A stretch of DNA of 63,500 nucleotides, filler included, from Octopus bimaculoides (GCF_001194135.2; 5 parts of 5 records of this genome joined end to end with filler, not necessarily neighbours in it); one strand, 5' to 3'; positions 50,290 through 62,799 are shown, numbered from the whole stretch's first letter. Translations and numbers: made by a program. The notes: generated by a model not told the origin, from the letters alone.

Positions 50290-51790
50290 TTTGAACGTCA
50301 TTAGAATTGGTTTTGAGATTTTCTCATTCAGACTGGGAAACAATTCGTGGATGTCATGTGAAAGTATCCTTTGATAGCTTCTGAATTCTTTTTCCTCAAT
50401 CCCCTTGAATATAGGGACGATACTATGTCTACTCCCAGCCTGCAATAATACTAGGATTAACTGGTATCGATGTCTAATATAATTGTCCCCTCGTTTTCTC
50501 TTGTTGGATTCTATTTTACTTCCGCTGCCTTTCTAATTGAGTGACGTGGTTGCAGTCAACACCTCTCCTGCATTTGGCAGATTGATACGTCAGTAGAGTA
50601 ATGCGTTACATTTTACGTCAGTAGAGTAATGCATTACAGTTTCCAAAGTTTCTCACCCGACATATCATAGTACGCTACAATGAGTAATTTTTGTAAGTGT
50701 TGTGGAAAGTGGACAAGGATTTGTTAAATTCTGGAAATCTGCTAATCTATCAGAAGACTTCAACTAAGTGGTTCCCCTCTTCTACGGTCTGTATATATCC
50801 TTCGTTCCAACATAAAAAACTATTTGCACAAATGTAAACAGTATCGTAATTACTTTAATAAACCTTTACTACAACTCCATCTTATTCATGTGTCATAACA
50901 GTTTCCGCCTGAATTTTCTGAATTTGACCAAGATTGACTGAATTCCGGGTACCTGCGGGTATTTCTTGAAAGCTTTGTTGCGTTATTCCAACAGCGAGGC
51001 GAAAGAAGAATTGTGTCACCTTCAATCAATGTAGTCTTGATGTTTCCCAATACATATTTAACTATTCCATACATGGTAGTACGAAACAAAGACCATCTTG
51101 CATTTATACACGATGTTTTGTTTTTAAATATTTTGTTAGTCTCAACTTGAAAGTCATCCATGCCCCTTTCCACAACGACTTTTTTACTCCTCACTGCTAA
51201 CTTCCTTGTTGCCAGTGTAATGGGCTTCGAACTTCTAGTCCTATTCTGTTTGGAGACTACTGCGAACGCTATCCTCTGTCAATGGATTTCATAGTCTACT
51301 CTTCAATTTACTCCTCTCAGACTCGCGCAGTGTGAATATAACTTTTCTTTACCGCCGCCAAATTATGATGTAATTCAATAAGTTGCCCGAATGTCAATTG
51401 TCAATGCACCTAAATCACTTTCTGATCTTTCTTCTTTGAACATGGAGCTGATAATGACGATTTTTCTCTATGAGCACAGAATAAAGAAATATTCTTCGTT
51501 TGATTTTCATCTTCCTGCATCGTTTGTTAATAACACATGGCCACTTCTCTGCTTCTATCCAATACCGAAATCCGAATAACCCAGTTGTACTAGATTCTAC
51601 GTCTTTGGGTCTCACTTTATATAGTCACTTTCAGAATATAGCAGAACTGCTGTTTCGCAGCGTCAGGAATGATTCTCGTAGAAGAATAAACAGCGATCAA
51701 AATGACAGAGCGTTCGTTCTGGTTTCTAATAACAGTTGGGTCTTTTGGTAATTTCACTAAATGTTTTTTTTGTTTTTGTTTTCTTTTCAG
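50290..51790 (-). mobile_element. Decayed Penelope-like element (RT thumb and GIY-YIG C-terminus remnants)
   Basis: Minus pieces KLPKDPTVI, IFLYSVLIEKNRHYQLHVQRK-like (cf. PFLDVLI...T.VYRK) and IRKAAEVK*NPTRENEG (cf. RKIKEAIxI...NRDxG). Confidence 0.4.
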
Positions 51791-53092
51791 TAAAGCCAAC
51801 CCCGCATTTGCATCTCCGCGCTGTTACTTCCCCATTCAAAAAGAATATTTATATTGTATCCCTGATACCGTCATATTTTAACAGACTGGTCTCATAAAGA
51901 GCAGCAGTATCGATGCTTTATCTTTCCAGCTGCACTACAGCAATACAGTGTACCTCACTGGTTTTTCAATATTTCATCTATCTGGCAACATTCCTCTGAA
52001 CGAAATATAACGTTCCTCTGAACGAAATAAAGGCTCGGTTCCTTGCACCCAAGTAAACTTTATACTTCAACTCGGAGTAGAGGTAGGCGGAATGCAGAGG
52101 GAGCCATAAAATCCCAGGCAGCAATCGAACCGCGAAATTTCACAAGATTGATTACAATATATTTAATTGTTTATAACTTTTGTAATTACAAATAGCAACA
52201 TTCTGCAATATAAAATAGCAGGCGATAAGGACATTAAGACATACTGCTTCCACTACATCGACTGAACGACCGACGTTCTCGATGAAATTCATCATATTTC
52301 GCGTGAGATGATGCCACAAGGCAACGAGTTGATGTTAGAAAGACGTTTACTCTGCTGGTATCCTCTATTTTTTTTTCTGTAGAACTAGTTTTCGATTCAG
52401 CTGGGTAAAAATCGCACTTTTACCTAACAAGCAACAAGTTTGATGCCGTTACTAATTATATCGTGGACAATCAGATTATGGTGCATAGACACACACACGC
52501 ACACGCACATAAATACATACGTGTATGCACACACAGGCATATATATGTATGTATGTACATATTCATATAAATATATATATATATTTATATGAATATGTAC
52601 ATACATATACACACTCAAACACACATACGCATTATTTACATATTCATGAATATACTTAGATAATCATTTCAGTGCATAGATTTTCATTCATGCCTATGGA
52701 CAATTTATCGCTTCCGTCATCATTCAAAAATACACTTACAATATCCATACACACACGCGCACACACACACACACACGCACACACACACACACACACACAA
52801 ACACACACATATACGTATACATTTATCACTTGAATTAAATGTATGAATCCTTTTAGCTTTTAGGCATGAACGAGACGAAAATGAATAATACGTGGTGGCA
52901 ATAGAATTGAAAGCCCGTCGGATAGCACTTAAATATGCATACTATAAAACTAGATTATGATAAAATACTCGTCTTGCTTTGTGAAACTGTATATCTTTAA
53001 TTTTTTTTTTATTTTTGTATATATTCGCTTTCATTCCATTAACATCAACACTATAAGTATTATTTCAAGTGAGACATGCTTATTTATTATTA

Positions 53093-53215
53093 GTATCATC
53101 ATCATCATCATCATCATATACATCATATTCATCACAATCATCATCATCGTCGTTGTCCTCCTCATCATCGTCATCGTTGTCATCGTCATCATCATCATCA
53201 TCATCATCATCGTCA

Positions 53216-53311
<96 letters not shown>
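53093..53311. repeat. Compound (CAT)n/(CGT)n microsatellite
   Basis: Directly visible; explains the poly-M/D/S/I ORFs. Confidence 0.95.
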
Positions 53312-53312
<1 letters not shown>

Positions 53313-54564
53313 TGGAAGTTGTGTTTTTTTTCTCTGTTTTGCCAGACAGCATCAAGAAGAAAAAAAACTAGAAATAAAATTATATAACCAGAAAGGATTA
53401 ATTTAAAAGTCTGAACGTAATTAATATAAAAATCAGCCTCTTCCATTTTTTTTTCTCTCTCTCTCTCTCTTTATATATATATATTCGTTTTATCCAGAGA
53501 TAATTTAATTTCTTGCGTCATTGATGTTTTAATAACACATCAGCAACAACATAAACCGCAACAGGAATGCTGATAAGCTATATATAAAAACCAACATGGA
53601 AATGATGCGCCAATCTTATCTGGTCTGCTAGCCCTGTCTCTGCTCTATTTAATCGACATTTTGTTTTGTTTAGCTAAAGCAGATAGATGCATGATGTCAA
53701 GAGTTTATAATCATAAATTCAGACATCATGTCCAATTATGTTTACTTCAATCAAAATCCATTGGTCGCAGCCATCCGTGTCAACATGTGTAGGTCAATAA
53801 GGGAGCCTTTACGAGGCCATTCGACTTACTAGAAATAACATCCTCAGATCACACACAACCTTCTTAAAATAGGAAATAATTTGGGTGATATAAAAATGGT
53901 TTTACTAAAAAAAAGTCAAATCCCCTGATGTTCATGGTTAGAATAATCCCCTTTGATCGTTTCTATGTATGATCAGTGATTAACGAACGAAGACACTAGC
54001 AGCATCTACAGGTCATGTATAACTAGTCGGCTCGCTTCCATTTATTACTTTATTACCCATGCCATGTCCATCCTCGCTCCCAGACCACGCAGTAAGTACT
54101 ACACGAAATCTTTTCATTTCAAGAAACTCGGCTTTCTAAAATGTCTTCATCTGTAGCTGTCTCAATGGGTTTGCAATGTCAAGGACAAAGCAACTCTCCT
54201 CCAAACGAAACCATGATGCACATCAGTCTCACTCTTATTGCGGGTTCTGTGTCAGTTTACAAAACAGACTCATTTCATTCGAAGCAAAGCAACTGCTGCA
54301 TGACTTTGTCTTCTTCTCCATGATAGTTTAAACTGGTTTATGAGTTCAAATCCTCTATTGATGTCTGGTTGCTCTTTTAGGGACGAAATTCTCCAGTTCA
54401 ACACAGTATCGAAGCACCAAAGGCTCAGTGTCAAATAGACGTAGGAGAGATTTGACATTCAAGACCCGAAGTTGATGATCAAATTCATATTAGATTTTAA
54501 TGAGTGTTACAGCTTGCTATTATACATACATACATGCATAAATATATACATACATAAATAAATG

Positions 54565-54742
54565 AGAATACATAAGACAAAACATACAAATCTGCACATG
54601 CACAAACTCCTAATAATACACATATACGTACAAAAGTACCGTGTTGTTGATGTTAAAATTCCAGTGAAGAAGACTTGGATCTAGGTTAGAAACCGACTTT
54701 CTCTCTATTGACACGAAATCTTGAAATAAACTTAATAATAGC
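54565..54742 (+). mobile_element. 3' UTR fragment of the (CATA)n R4-like family
   Basis: catacaaatctgcaca...aattccagtgaag.agacttggatctaggttagaaacc...aaatcttgaaataaa. Confidence 0.7.
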
Positions 54743-54777
54743 ATACATACACACACACGCAGACGCACGAGCGCGCA

Positions 54778-54846
<69 letters not shown>

Positions 54847-56366
54847 ACATACAGTTGCGTTCTCGTCCCATTTTCTGTATTCTATTATATATATATATAT
54901 ATTGAGGTTTGCTAGTAAAATGTTCATTGTTGCTAGATGAAATGGCATGGTTACATAACAATGTAAAGTTATGTAACATTATGCATTATTGAACAAATGA
55001 CCGTGTTCTAGAAATTTGAACTGTTCATTCTTGTTTCTTCACAGTATATATATATATATATATATATACATTGTTCATATCTGCGTGAGTGTGTGCGTGT
55101 GTGTGTGAGTGTATGTGCGTTTATGTATGTCCTGTAGAAATTAAATAACTGAGAAATCAATAATAAAAAAATGTGGATTTTTATGATTCTATTCGAATGT
55201 TGCGTTAACCAACATTTGAACAAGTATATTAGACTCTGCATTTCATTCTATGAAAGTTGATACAATAATGGATTCTAAGAAAGTTCACTTCATATAATCT
55301 TGAATTATCCATAACACATTTATATGTTCACTTATTCCTTTCTCACTTCTCTCCCTCTCTCTCTTCCTCGCTGTCTCTTTTAATGCATATAACATACATA
55401 CATGTATACATGCATGTGTGTGTGTGTATGCACGTGTGTGTGCGTGTCTGTATGTATGTGTTTGTAAGTGCGTTTGTGTGTATGTATATGTGTGCGTGTG
55501 TACGAATAGAAACAGTTGAAATTATGCTTCTTCATACTTTTCTCTTTACAAAATTAATCTAACGTATGTTATAACTTTGAAATTAAACAATAACGAAAGG
55601 AATCGTAAAATAGATAAGTTCCATCAAGGGACGCCATTTTCTTTAAGATTCATTAATATAAATGTGCATTTTTCAATTTTGAAGTTTTGAAACGTACATA
55701 TATGTAACTTACCGCTGTCAGACTTTGATATACATTAAAGTACAAAGCCCCATTATTGCATATTTAACATAGGTATGGAGTAAAAACTAGCTTTGCATAG
55801 AAAAGGAAGTTAGGCTTGCAAATGTGCAACAGAAAAACGTGACAGACTTGAATATCTATTATTATAAGCGTTGATATATGCATGTGTTTATATATGATAC
55901 GCAAAGACATACACTGTAATATGTGTATATCGCATACAGCATGTGTATATCTATGCATATATATTACCAGCAGTGGATTATTGATGCGAATGGCTCCTAT
56001 ATTTCGTACCACTGTACAGGATTTTGAAGTATACATGTGAATTAAACAATTATATTGAAAGATATTGTGATCCGAACATATCACATTATGTTCCTTCGTT
56101 TCTTCGCCTGACAGAATCCTAAACAAGAATAAACTTGCCTTATCTTAACAATGCGACTCTCTCCACAGTGCTTTCCTATCAACCAGCACCCTGCAAGCAT
56201 CCATTTCACCAATTTATCCCTGTTTCCTACAATTCCTACACAAGTATCTCTCGAAAGAAAAAATCTCAGAATGATGACGGTGATGAAACCGAAATTTCAA
56301 ATTTACATTCAATTTTTCCACTGTAAATATATGTGTATGAATGTATATATGTATGCATGTATGTAT

Positions 56367-56749
56367 GTGGAGGCGCAATGGCCCAGTGGTTAGGGAAGCG
56401 GACTCGTGGTCATAGGATCGCGGTTTCGATTACCAGACCGGTAATCGATTACCTCAGCACACCACAGACACATGTACCCTGAACGTAGTTCTCGGGGATA
56501 TTCAGCGTGACACAGAGTGTGACAAGGCTGACCATTTGAAATACAGGCACAACAGAAACAGGAAGAAAGAGTGAGAGAAAGTTGTGGCGAAAGAGTACAG
56601 CAGGGTTCGTCACCACCCCCTGCCGGAGCCTCGTGGAGCTTTAGGTGTTTTCGCTCAATAAACACTCACAACGCCCGGTTTGGGAATCGAAACCGCGATC
56701 CTACGACCTCGAGTCCGCTGCCCTAACCACTGGGCCATTGCGCATCCAC
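56367..56749. mobile_element. Convergent twin SINE family 3: plus-strand head (56367-56441) joined to a 3'-truncated minus-strand copy
   Basis: The two tRNA-like heads are 75-bp inverted repeats with 6 mismatches. Confidence 0.9.
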
Positions 56750-56898
56750 TGGATATAGGAATATATAGATATGAATACGCTGAAGCTAGGACAAACAAAT
56801 ACAAATCAAGAGAAAATGAACGACACTGTCTTAAAGAATTATTATTATTGCTGTTGTTGATGTTGATATTGTTATTATTATCATTATTATTATTATCA

Positions 56899-57228
56899 TT
56901 GTTCAGTAGTTTTATTTTTATAACGTGCTTTCACTTCACTACCGAGCGCAGCTCTGTGCGCCTTGAGTATGTGCTGTGGTTTGCTGTGGTGCTCTTATGT
57001 TTACTGTATTGAAAGTGTTTTGCGTAGAATGTGTGCAGTACCCAGTAGTGCAATTTTCTTTATGTTATATGTATTTGTAAGTCCTGGTGTTTTTGTTATG
57101 TATTTGTCTGAATATTTTTTTATTATACCTAAGGCACCTACTATGATAGGAATTGTTTCTGTTTTTAGATTCCACATTCGAGTTATCTCTATTTCCAGGT
57201 CTTTGTATTTTGAAAGTTTTTCCATTTC
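56899..57228 (-). mobile_element. R4/Dong-like 5'-truncated copy
   Basis: ORF 57001-57225 MEKLSKYKDLEIEITRMWNLKTETIPIIVGALG...ALLGTAHILRKTLSIQ*; (AAT)n-like tail; homologous to 5276-5680. Confidence 0.9.
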
Positions 57229-57385
57229 TTCTTCTTCTTCTTCTTTTTCTTCTTCTTCTTCTTCTTCTTCTTCTTCTTCTTCTTCTTCTTCTTCTTCTTC
57301 TTCTTCTTCTTCTTCTTCTTCTTCTTCTTCTTCTTCTTCGTCTTCTTCTTCTTATTATTATTATTATTATTATCATCATCATTAT
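57229..57385. repeat. (TTC)n then (TTA)n/(CAT)n microsatellite
   Basis: Directly visible. Confidence 0.95.
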
Positions 57386-57859
57386 TGATAATATTATTAT
57401 TTGTGTTAGATGTGAGAATTGAAGTAGATTGGATTAGCACTTTCGTTAAAAAGCGAAAAAAAAAAAAAAAAGATTAGACGTCGAAGGTAAAACCAAAAAC
57501 TGGTGGGATATTGAGTGATGAAAGGCGACTAAAGAATTGTCAAATTCATTCTAATGAGTCAGCACGTCGACTAGAATGTGTACACAAAAGATTAAACCTA
57601 CTGTTATGTAAAAGCAAGTGAATATATTTCTGTATTATTATTTGAAGATCCTTATTTTTTTCTTGCTGTTGTTAAATATTCAGCGTTGATTCTAACGTCA
57701 GTGTAGTTTTTACACCAAATATCATTATCACATGTATGTGGATATTTTGAGAGTGTATCATTAATGATTGATATATTAAGGCGTGTTATTACACAATTAA
57801 TGTTATGTTACGCGCGTTAAAATAATAACAACAACAACAACAACAACAACAACAATAGT

Positions 57860-57914
<55 letters not shown>

Positions 57915-58066
57915 TTAGTAATAATAATAATGGAGTTTACGGACTACTTTAGAAAGTGGCAGATAGCATTTTGATATTTTTATGTACATTTATGAATAAA
58001 TGTTCACACATACACGCAGAAACGCTTGCACACAGACAAGTACAATCATACAAACACACATATACA

Positions 58067-58100
<34 letters not shown>

Positions 58101-58157
58101 CATGCATACATACATGCATATACACATATATATGTGTGTATATATATATATATATAT

Positions 58158-58257
58158 NNNNNNNNNNNNNNNNNNNNNNNNNNNNNNNNNNNNNNNNNNN
58201 NTTAATTAATTAANNNNNNNNNNNNNNNNNNNNNNNNNNNNNNNNNNNNNNNNNNNN
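58158..58257. other. Artificial scaffolding spacer N44-TTAATTAATTAA-N44
   Basis: Identical 100-bp construct. Confidence 0.95.
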
Positions 58258-58290
<33 letters not shown>

Positions 58291-58789
58291 TAATCAACGG
58301 ACATGTTAAAGTGTCTACCCACTAGAAATATGAGTTAAAACCCTCATTTGGACCATAAACAAATTTTAACACTGAAAGTAACAGATTCAACAGTATATGG
58401 GAGAGTGAACTGAAAAAAATCTCTCACCTACTTATATAGCATAAAGCTGTATATTTAATGGAACAGGTATATATGAGGACCAGTTTTTGATTTGATACAA
58501 AGATCTTACCTTCTTCAGCACGTCTTAACTCTTCGAAACATCTTCAAAGGGTTAAGGTGTGCTGAAGAAGGTAAGATCTTTGTATCAAATCAGAAACCGG
58601 TCCACATATATACCTGTTCCATTAAATATACAGCTTTATGCTATATAGGTAGGTGAGAGATTTTTTTCATTTTGCTTGCTCATATACTGTTGAATCTGTT
58701 ACTTTCAATGTTAATATTTTTTAGTGGTATAAATGAGGGTTTTAACTCTTATTTCTAGTGAGTAGAAACTTTAATGTGTTCTTTGATTA
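58291..58789. repeat. 500-bp fold-back palindrome (about 247-bp arms, about 5-nt loop) with outward-facing hammerhead motifs
   Basis: Left 58291-58537 is the reverse complement of right 58543-58789; inner part near-identical, outer part more diverged. Confidence 0.95.
58557..58607 (+). ncRNA. Type I hammerhead motif
   Basis: GTGTG-CTGAAGA-aGGT...ATCa-GAAAC CG GT-C-CACAT; palindromic ACCGGT helix III, GUC site at 58602; helix II imperfect. Confidence 0.6.
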
Positions 58790-58966
58790 AGTAATTTTAA
58801 TTCTATAGCTATATAATGCTGATTTAGGCCTGCAACCACTTATATTAATATTGTTGTTATTATAAACTATTTGTATTGACTTCCATAATAATAATATTAA
58901 TATCGACATACATATTCGCTTCTGAATATTTTTGCTGCTGATATATACACATATACATATGTACAT

Positions 58967-58999
<33 letters not shown>

Positions 59000-59753
59000 A
59001 CTGTATAATAATATATTATAATAATATTTATCCTCCAATTTGATGCAACAATTTTTAAATACAAACAAATGACTGAAAAATGATGAGCTAACCTCAGGCA
59101 GAATCGAACCCTAAAATTTACACTTACATGGTTCCTTGTAGATCTGATTGGCCAAATGCTCACCCACCAATTTCAGTCAAATTTAGTTAATCGTAATAAT
59201 ATTAAAACTCTAAAAGATGTTTGTTTGTACTTGAAATATCTCAGAAATAGTATATTTTATCTTGATTTTTTTGCATGTATATTTTCATACTTATTTTATG
59301 CAGTGCAGTACAAATTTTGGTGATATTTGGACCTCTATTTATTAATGAAAGCGATTAAATACAAATTTTCGTTGTTTATTTCTTGATGAAAAAAAGCGTA
59401 GCTTCCATGACATCAACACACATACAGAATACACACATATATAATGTATGTCATGGCATGTAAATCAACACAAACACATGTTCGTTATCTGTGAGATATA
59501 CACAGTCTCTCACTCCCTCAGAAAAAAAAAAACGTTGACTTTTTGATGTACACAATATTTTAATCCTTTAGAAATATTTTTAAGTGAATGTGATTTAAAA
59601 AATGTAAGCTGTTTGTACAGTAAGTATTTATATTTTAGTTTTCTTTAAACAAACAATATTTTAAAGGAATTTTTTTAATTATCATGAAGTGAATATCATG
59701 ACAAAAAGTTTTTTGAGTGTATTCAACATATCTCAGCTCCAAAGATTTGGCTC

Positions 59754-59846
59754 CTATTTCTAGCATGCCCTGCTACCACATAACAGCTATTTGCAATAAA
59801 GGAGCTGATATACCTGTTATGTGGTAGCAGGGCATGCAAGAAATAG
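59754..59846. repeat. Hairpin: 33-bp arms (24 bp perfect), 27-nt loop
   Basis: gcatgccctgctaccacataacag / ctgttatgtggtagcagggcatgc. Confidence 0.95.
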
Positions 59847-60129
59847 CAGCCATATCTTTCCTTTTTCCAGGGAAAGGAACTGTTTATGCATTATTTTGAT
59901 GTCGCATTCATTGAAAGCATGCGAAATAACCTGGAAAAGAAAAAAAAAACCCACGAAACAAAACTCTGTTGGTGGGAAACTCAGACTTTCTAGGTGACCA
60001 AACGGGTCACGGGTAGTCAAGTATACATATAATATTTATAAACAAACCCGAAAAGCTTTCTAAGTTAAAGAGAGAAAGCTACTATACATAAACATACATA
60101 CATATATATGTACATGTACATATATACAT

Positions 60130-60200
<71 letters not shown>

Positions 60201-60364
60201 TATATATTTACATATACACAGACAAGCAGGAAGTAAACAGACCTTTAGTTTTCAAAATTTCTGACCTAAGTGTTTTAATATGTTTTCAGCTGTGAAGAAT
60301 TTACAATGTAATTATTCTTTTTCATTCTAGGTATCATTATATTAAACATTTGTGAAGAGTAACC

Positions 60365-61335
60365 ATGCCACGCACAAACAATTCAGCAGAACTGTCAGAT
60401 TTTCAAAGAGGTCATATTGTTGAGCAATCTGACGCTGGTCTTAGCCAGCGAAAAATTGCAGAAAATCTTCAAATTCCTCTTGCTACTGTTACTAGGATTA
60501 TAGTGTAAGTCAAAAACCAAGGAAAAGAATCAACAGATTCTTGTCCTGGCTGACTTGAACCCTTGGAAAGGAAGCTTCACTGTTTGAAGAGAATTGTGGA
60601 AAATGAACCCCGTTCGAAGGCTTCTGATATTGCAAAACAGCTAGAAGTTAATCCAAGAACGTGTATTACATATCTGTAGAAGCTTGGGTATTATGGACGA
60701 GCAGCTAGAAGAAAACCTCTCCTTCAACCAATTAATATCATGAAAAGAAAGAAATGAGCTAAGGAGATGTCAGAAAAATCCAGTTCATTTTGGGATAGAG
60801 TGATTTTCTCAGATGAANNNNNNNNNNNNNNNNNNNNNNNNNNNNNNNNNNNNNNNNNNNNNNNNNNNNNNNNNNNNNNNNNNNNNNNNNNNNNNNNNNN
60901 NNNNNNNNNNNNNNNNNNNNNNNNNNNNNNNNNNNNNNNNNNNNNNNNNNNNNNNNNNNNNNNNNNNNNNNNNNNNNNNNNNNNNNNNNNNNNNNNNNNN
61001 NNNNNNNNNNNNNNNNNNNNNNNNNNNNNNNNNNNNNNNNNNNNNNNNNNNNNNNNNNNNNNNNNNNNNNNNNNNNNNNNNNNNNNNNNNNNNNNNNNNN
61101 NNNNNNNNNNNNNNNNNNNNNNNNNNNNNNNNNNNNNNNNNNNNNNNNNNNNNNNNNNNNNNNNNNNNNNNNNNNNNNNNNNNNNNNNNNNNNNNNNNNN
61201 NNNNNNNNNNNNNNNNNNNNNNNNNNNNNNNNNNNNNCAGAAATTCCACAAGTGACAATCACAAAGTTCATCAGTTCAATGCCAAAAAGAGTTTCTGAAT
61301 TAAAAACTGCAAAGGGAATGTCAACTAAATACTAA
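60365..61335 (+). pseudogene. Tc1-family transposase pseudogene (middle lies in a gap)
   Basis: [19 protein letters not shown]...[11 protein letters not shown]...RRKPLL...WDRVIFSDE [gap] SSMPKRVSELKTAKGMSTKY*; four in-frame stops. Confidence 0.9.
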
Positions 61336-61384
61336 AGTATGTAGTCCTACCTATCGATTACATTTCAATTGTTCACTTTGCATA

Positions 61385-61638
61385 TTAACCCTTTCGTTAT
61401 TATATTTCTGACCAAAATACACCCCTCATGAGTTTTAATTAAATTCTAAAATAATCATGAATTTAGACTAGTTTCATTAAACAACTGTAACTTTTTTTAG
61501 TTAACAACATATTATTGTGATATTTGGAACATAATTAAAGAAAGGGTTCTTAATCAATTTTATTGCATAACTTTTGTCTCAAAGTGACTCTAATTACAGG
61601 TAAATCCAGGTAAATTGAGCAAAAGGTAAAAGTATTAA
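61385..61638. mobile_element. Possible piggyBac-type MITE
   Basis: Starts TTAA-CCCTTTCGTT; right end degenerate (aaaaggtaaaagta-TTAA). Confidence 0.3.
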
Positions 61639-61925
61639 AATTTTGTTTAAACATCACCATAGAAAATAAATCATCAGCTAATATTCAATTGGGCATGCAA
61701 CAAAATTTTGATAAAGAAGAATTGTGCACATCACTAGATTATCAGTTGAATTTAATGCACAACAAAACTGGTGTACCATAAAGGTGAAATAAACTGGAAT
61801 ACTGGAATCCACCTAAATCCACCGCAAGGTTGACTGAACTAAAAAAAAATGGTCAAAAAGTAATATATGGCCCTCGTTATGGTATGGAAGTGATAAATTC
61901 CAGACCACATCGTACCCTAGGCCAT

Positions 61926-62025
61926 NNNNNNNNNNNNNNNNNNNNNNNNNNNNNNNNNNNNNNNNNNNNTTAATTAATTAANNNNNNNNNNNNNNNNNNN
62001 NNNNNNNNNNNNNNNNNNNNNNNNN
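61926..62025. other. Artificial scaffolding spacer N44-TTAATTAATTAA-N44
   Basis: Identical 100-bp construct. Confidence 0.95.
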
Positions 62026-62170
62026 TGTTCTTTGCTACATTTGGTTTCTATTAACCCATTTATTCTATCAGAAGAATTTTTATTCATTAAGATAGAAGAA
62101 ATACACATAATTATATATATATATATATATATATAATTATGTGTATTTCTTCTATCTTAATGAATAAAAA

Positions 62171-62306
62171 TTCTATTTCTCTTGTTTGTACAACCATATG
62201 TATATGTGTGTGTGTGTGCACGCGTATATATATATATATATATATATATATACGCGTGCACACACACACACATATACATATGGTTGTACAAACAAGAGAA
62301 ATAGAA
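62171..62306. repeat. Perfect 136-bp palindrome centred on (TA)n
   Basis: No mismatches found between the arms, including (GT)/(AC) unit number. Confidence 0.95.
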
Positions 62307-62799
62307 CCTCACTATTCAAATGGATATATTATTTTATTTAGTTGTTTATATATACTCATACACATATACACACACCATAAACACACATACACACACAACA
62401 CATAACACACATACACTTGCATATATATGAGAGCTCCATATACCACTGACAGGATATAAAAGTGAGCTGTGACTCATTTATTGTCTAATTATAAAGTGAA
62501 TGTAACATTGAGTGTGACAAGTAATGTGAAGTGAGGTGTCAGCTATTAACACTGAACTGACAAAAAGCTTACACACTGGAGTCACTTACATTATATAAAC
62601 AGCTTGTGTCACTCTCTCACCTGCTGAACATAGCATGTCTTGTCAGCTCTTAATATTAATTCTTTGTCTTAAATCACAGTGTTTACTTTCAAATATAGAC
62701 ACAGTGGTACTCCACATATGTCTTAAGGTATCCAATTTAATGTATTTGTAAGCTGGCAAAGCATTTCTTCCAGCTTTATATTCTAAGTTTAAATATTGT

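Noticed and set aside
52957-53406. Poly-M/D/S/I ORFs, and similar low-complexity ORFs at 8686-9022 and 57065-57440
   Set aside because: Trinucleotide microsatellite read-through in several frames; no coding signal.
56268-56300. ATGATGA-CGGT..ACC-GAAATTTC hammerhead-like string
   Set aside because: C3 and helix III mutated, no helix I.
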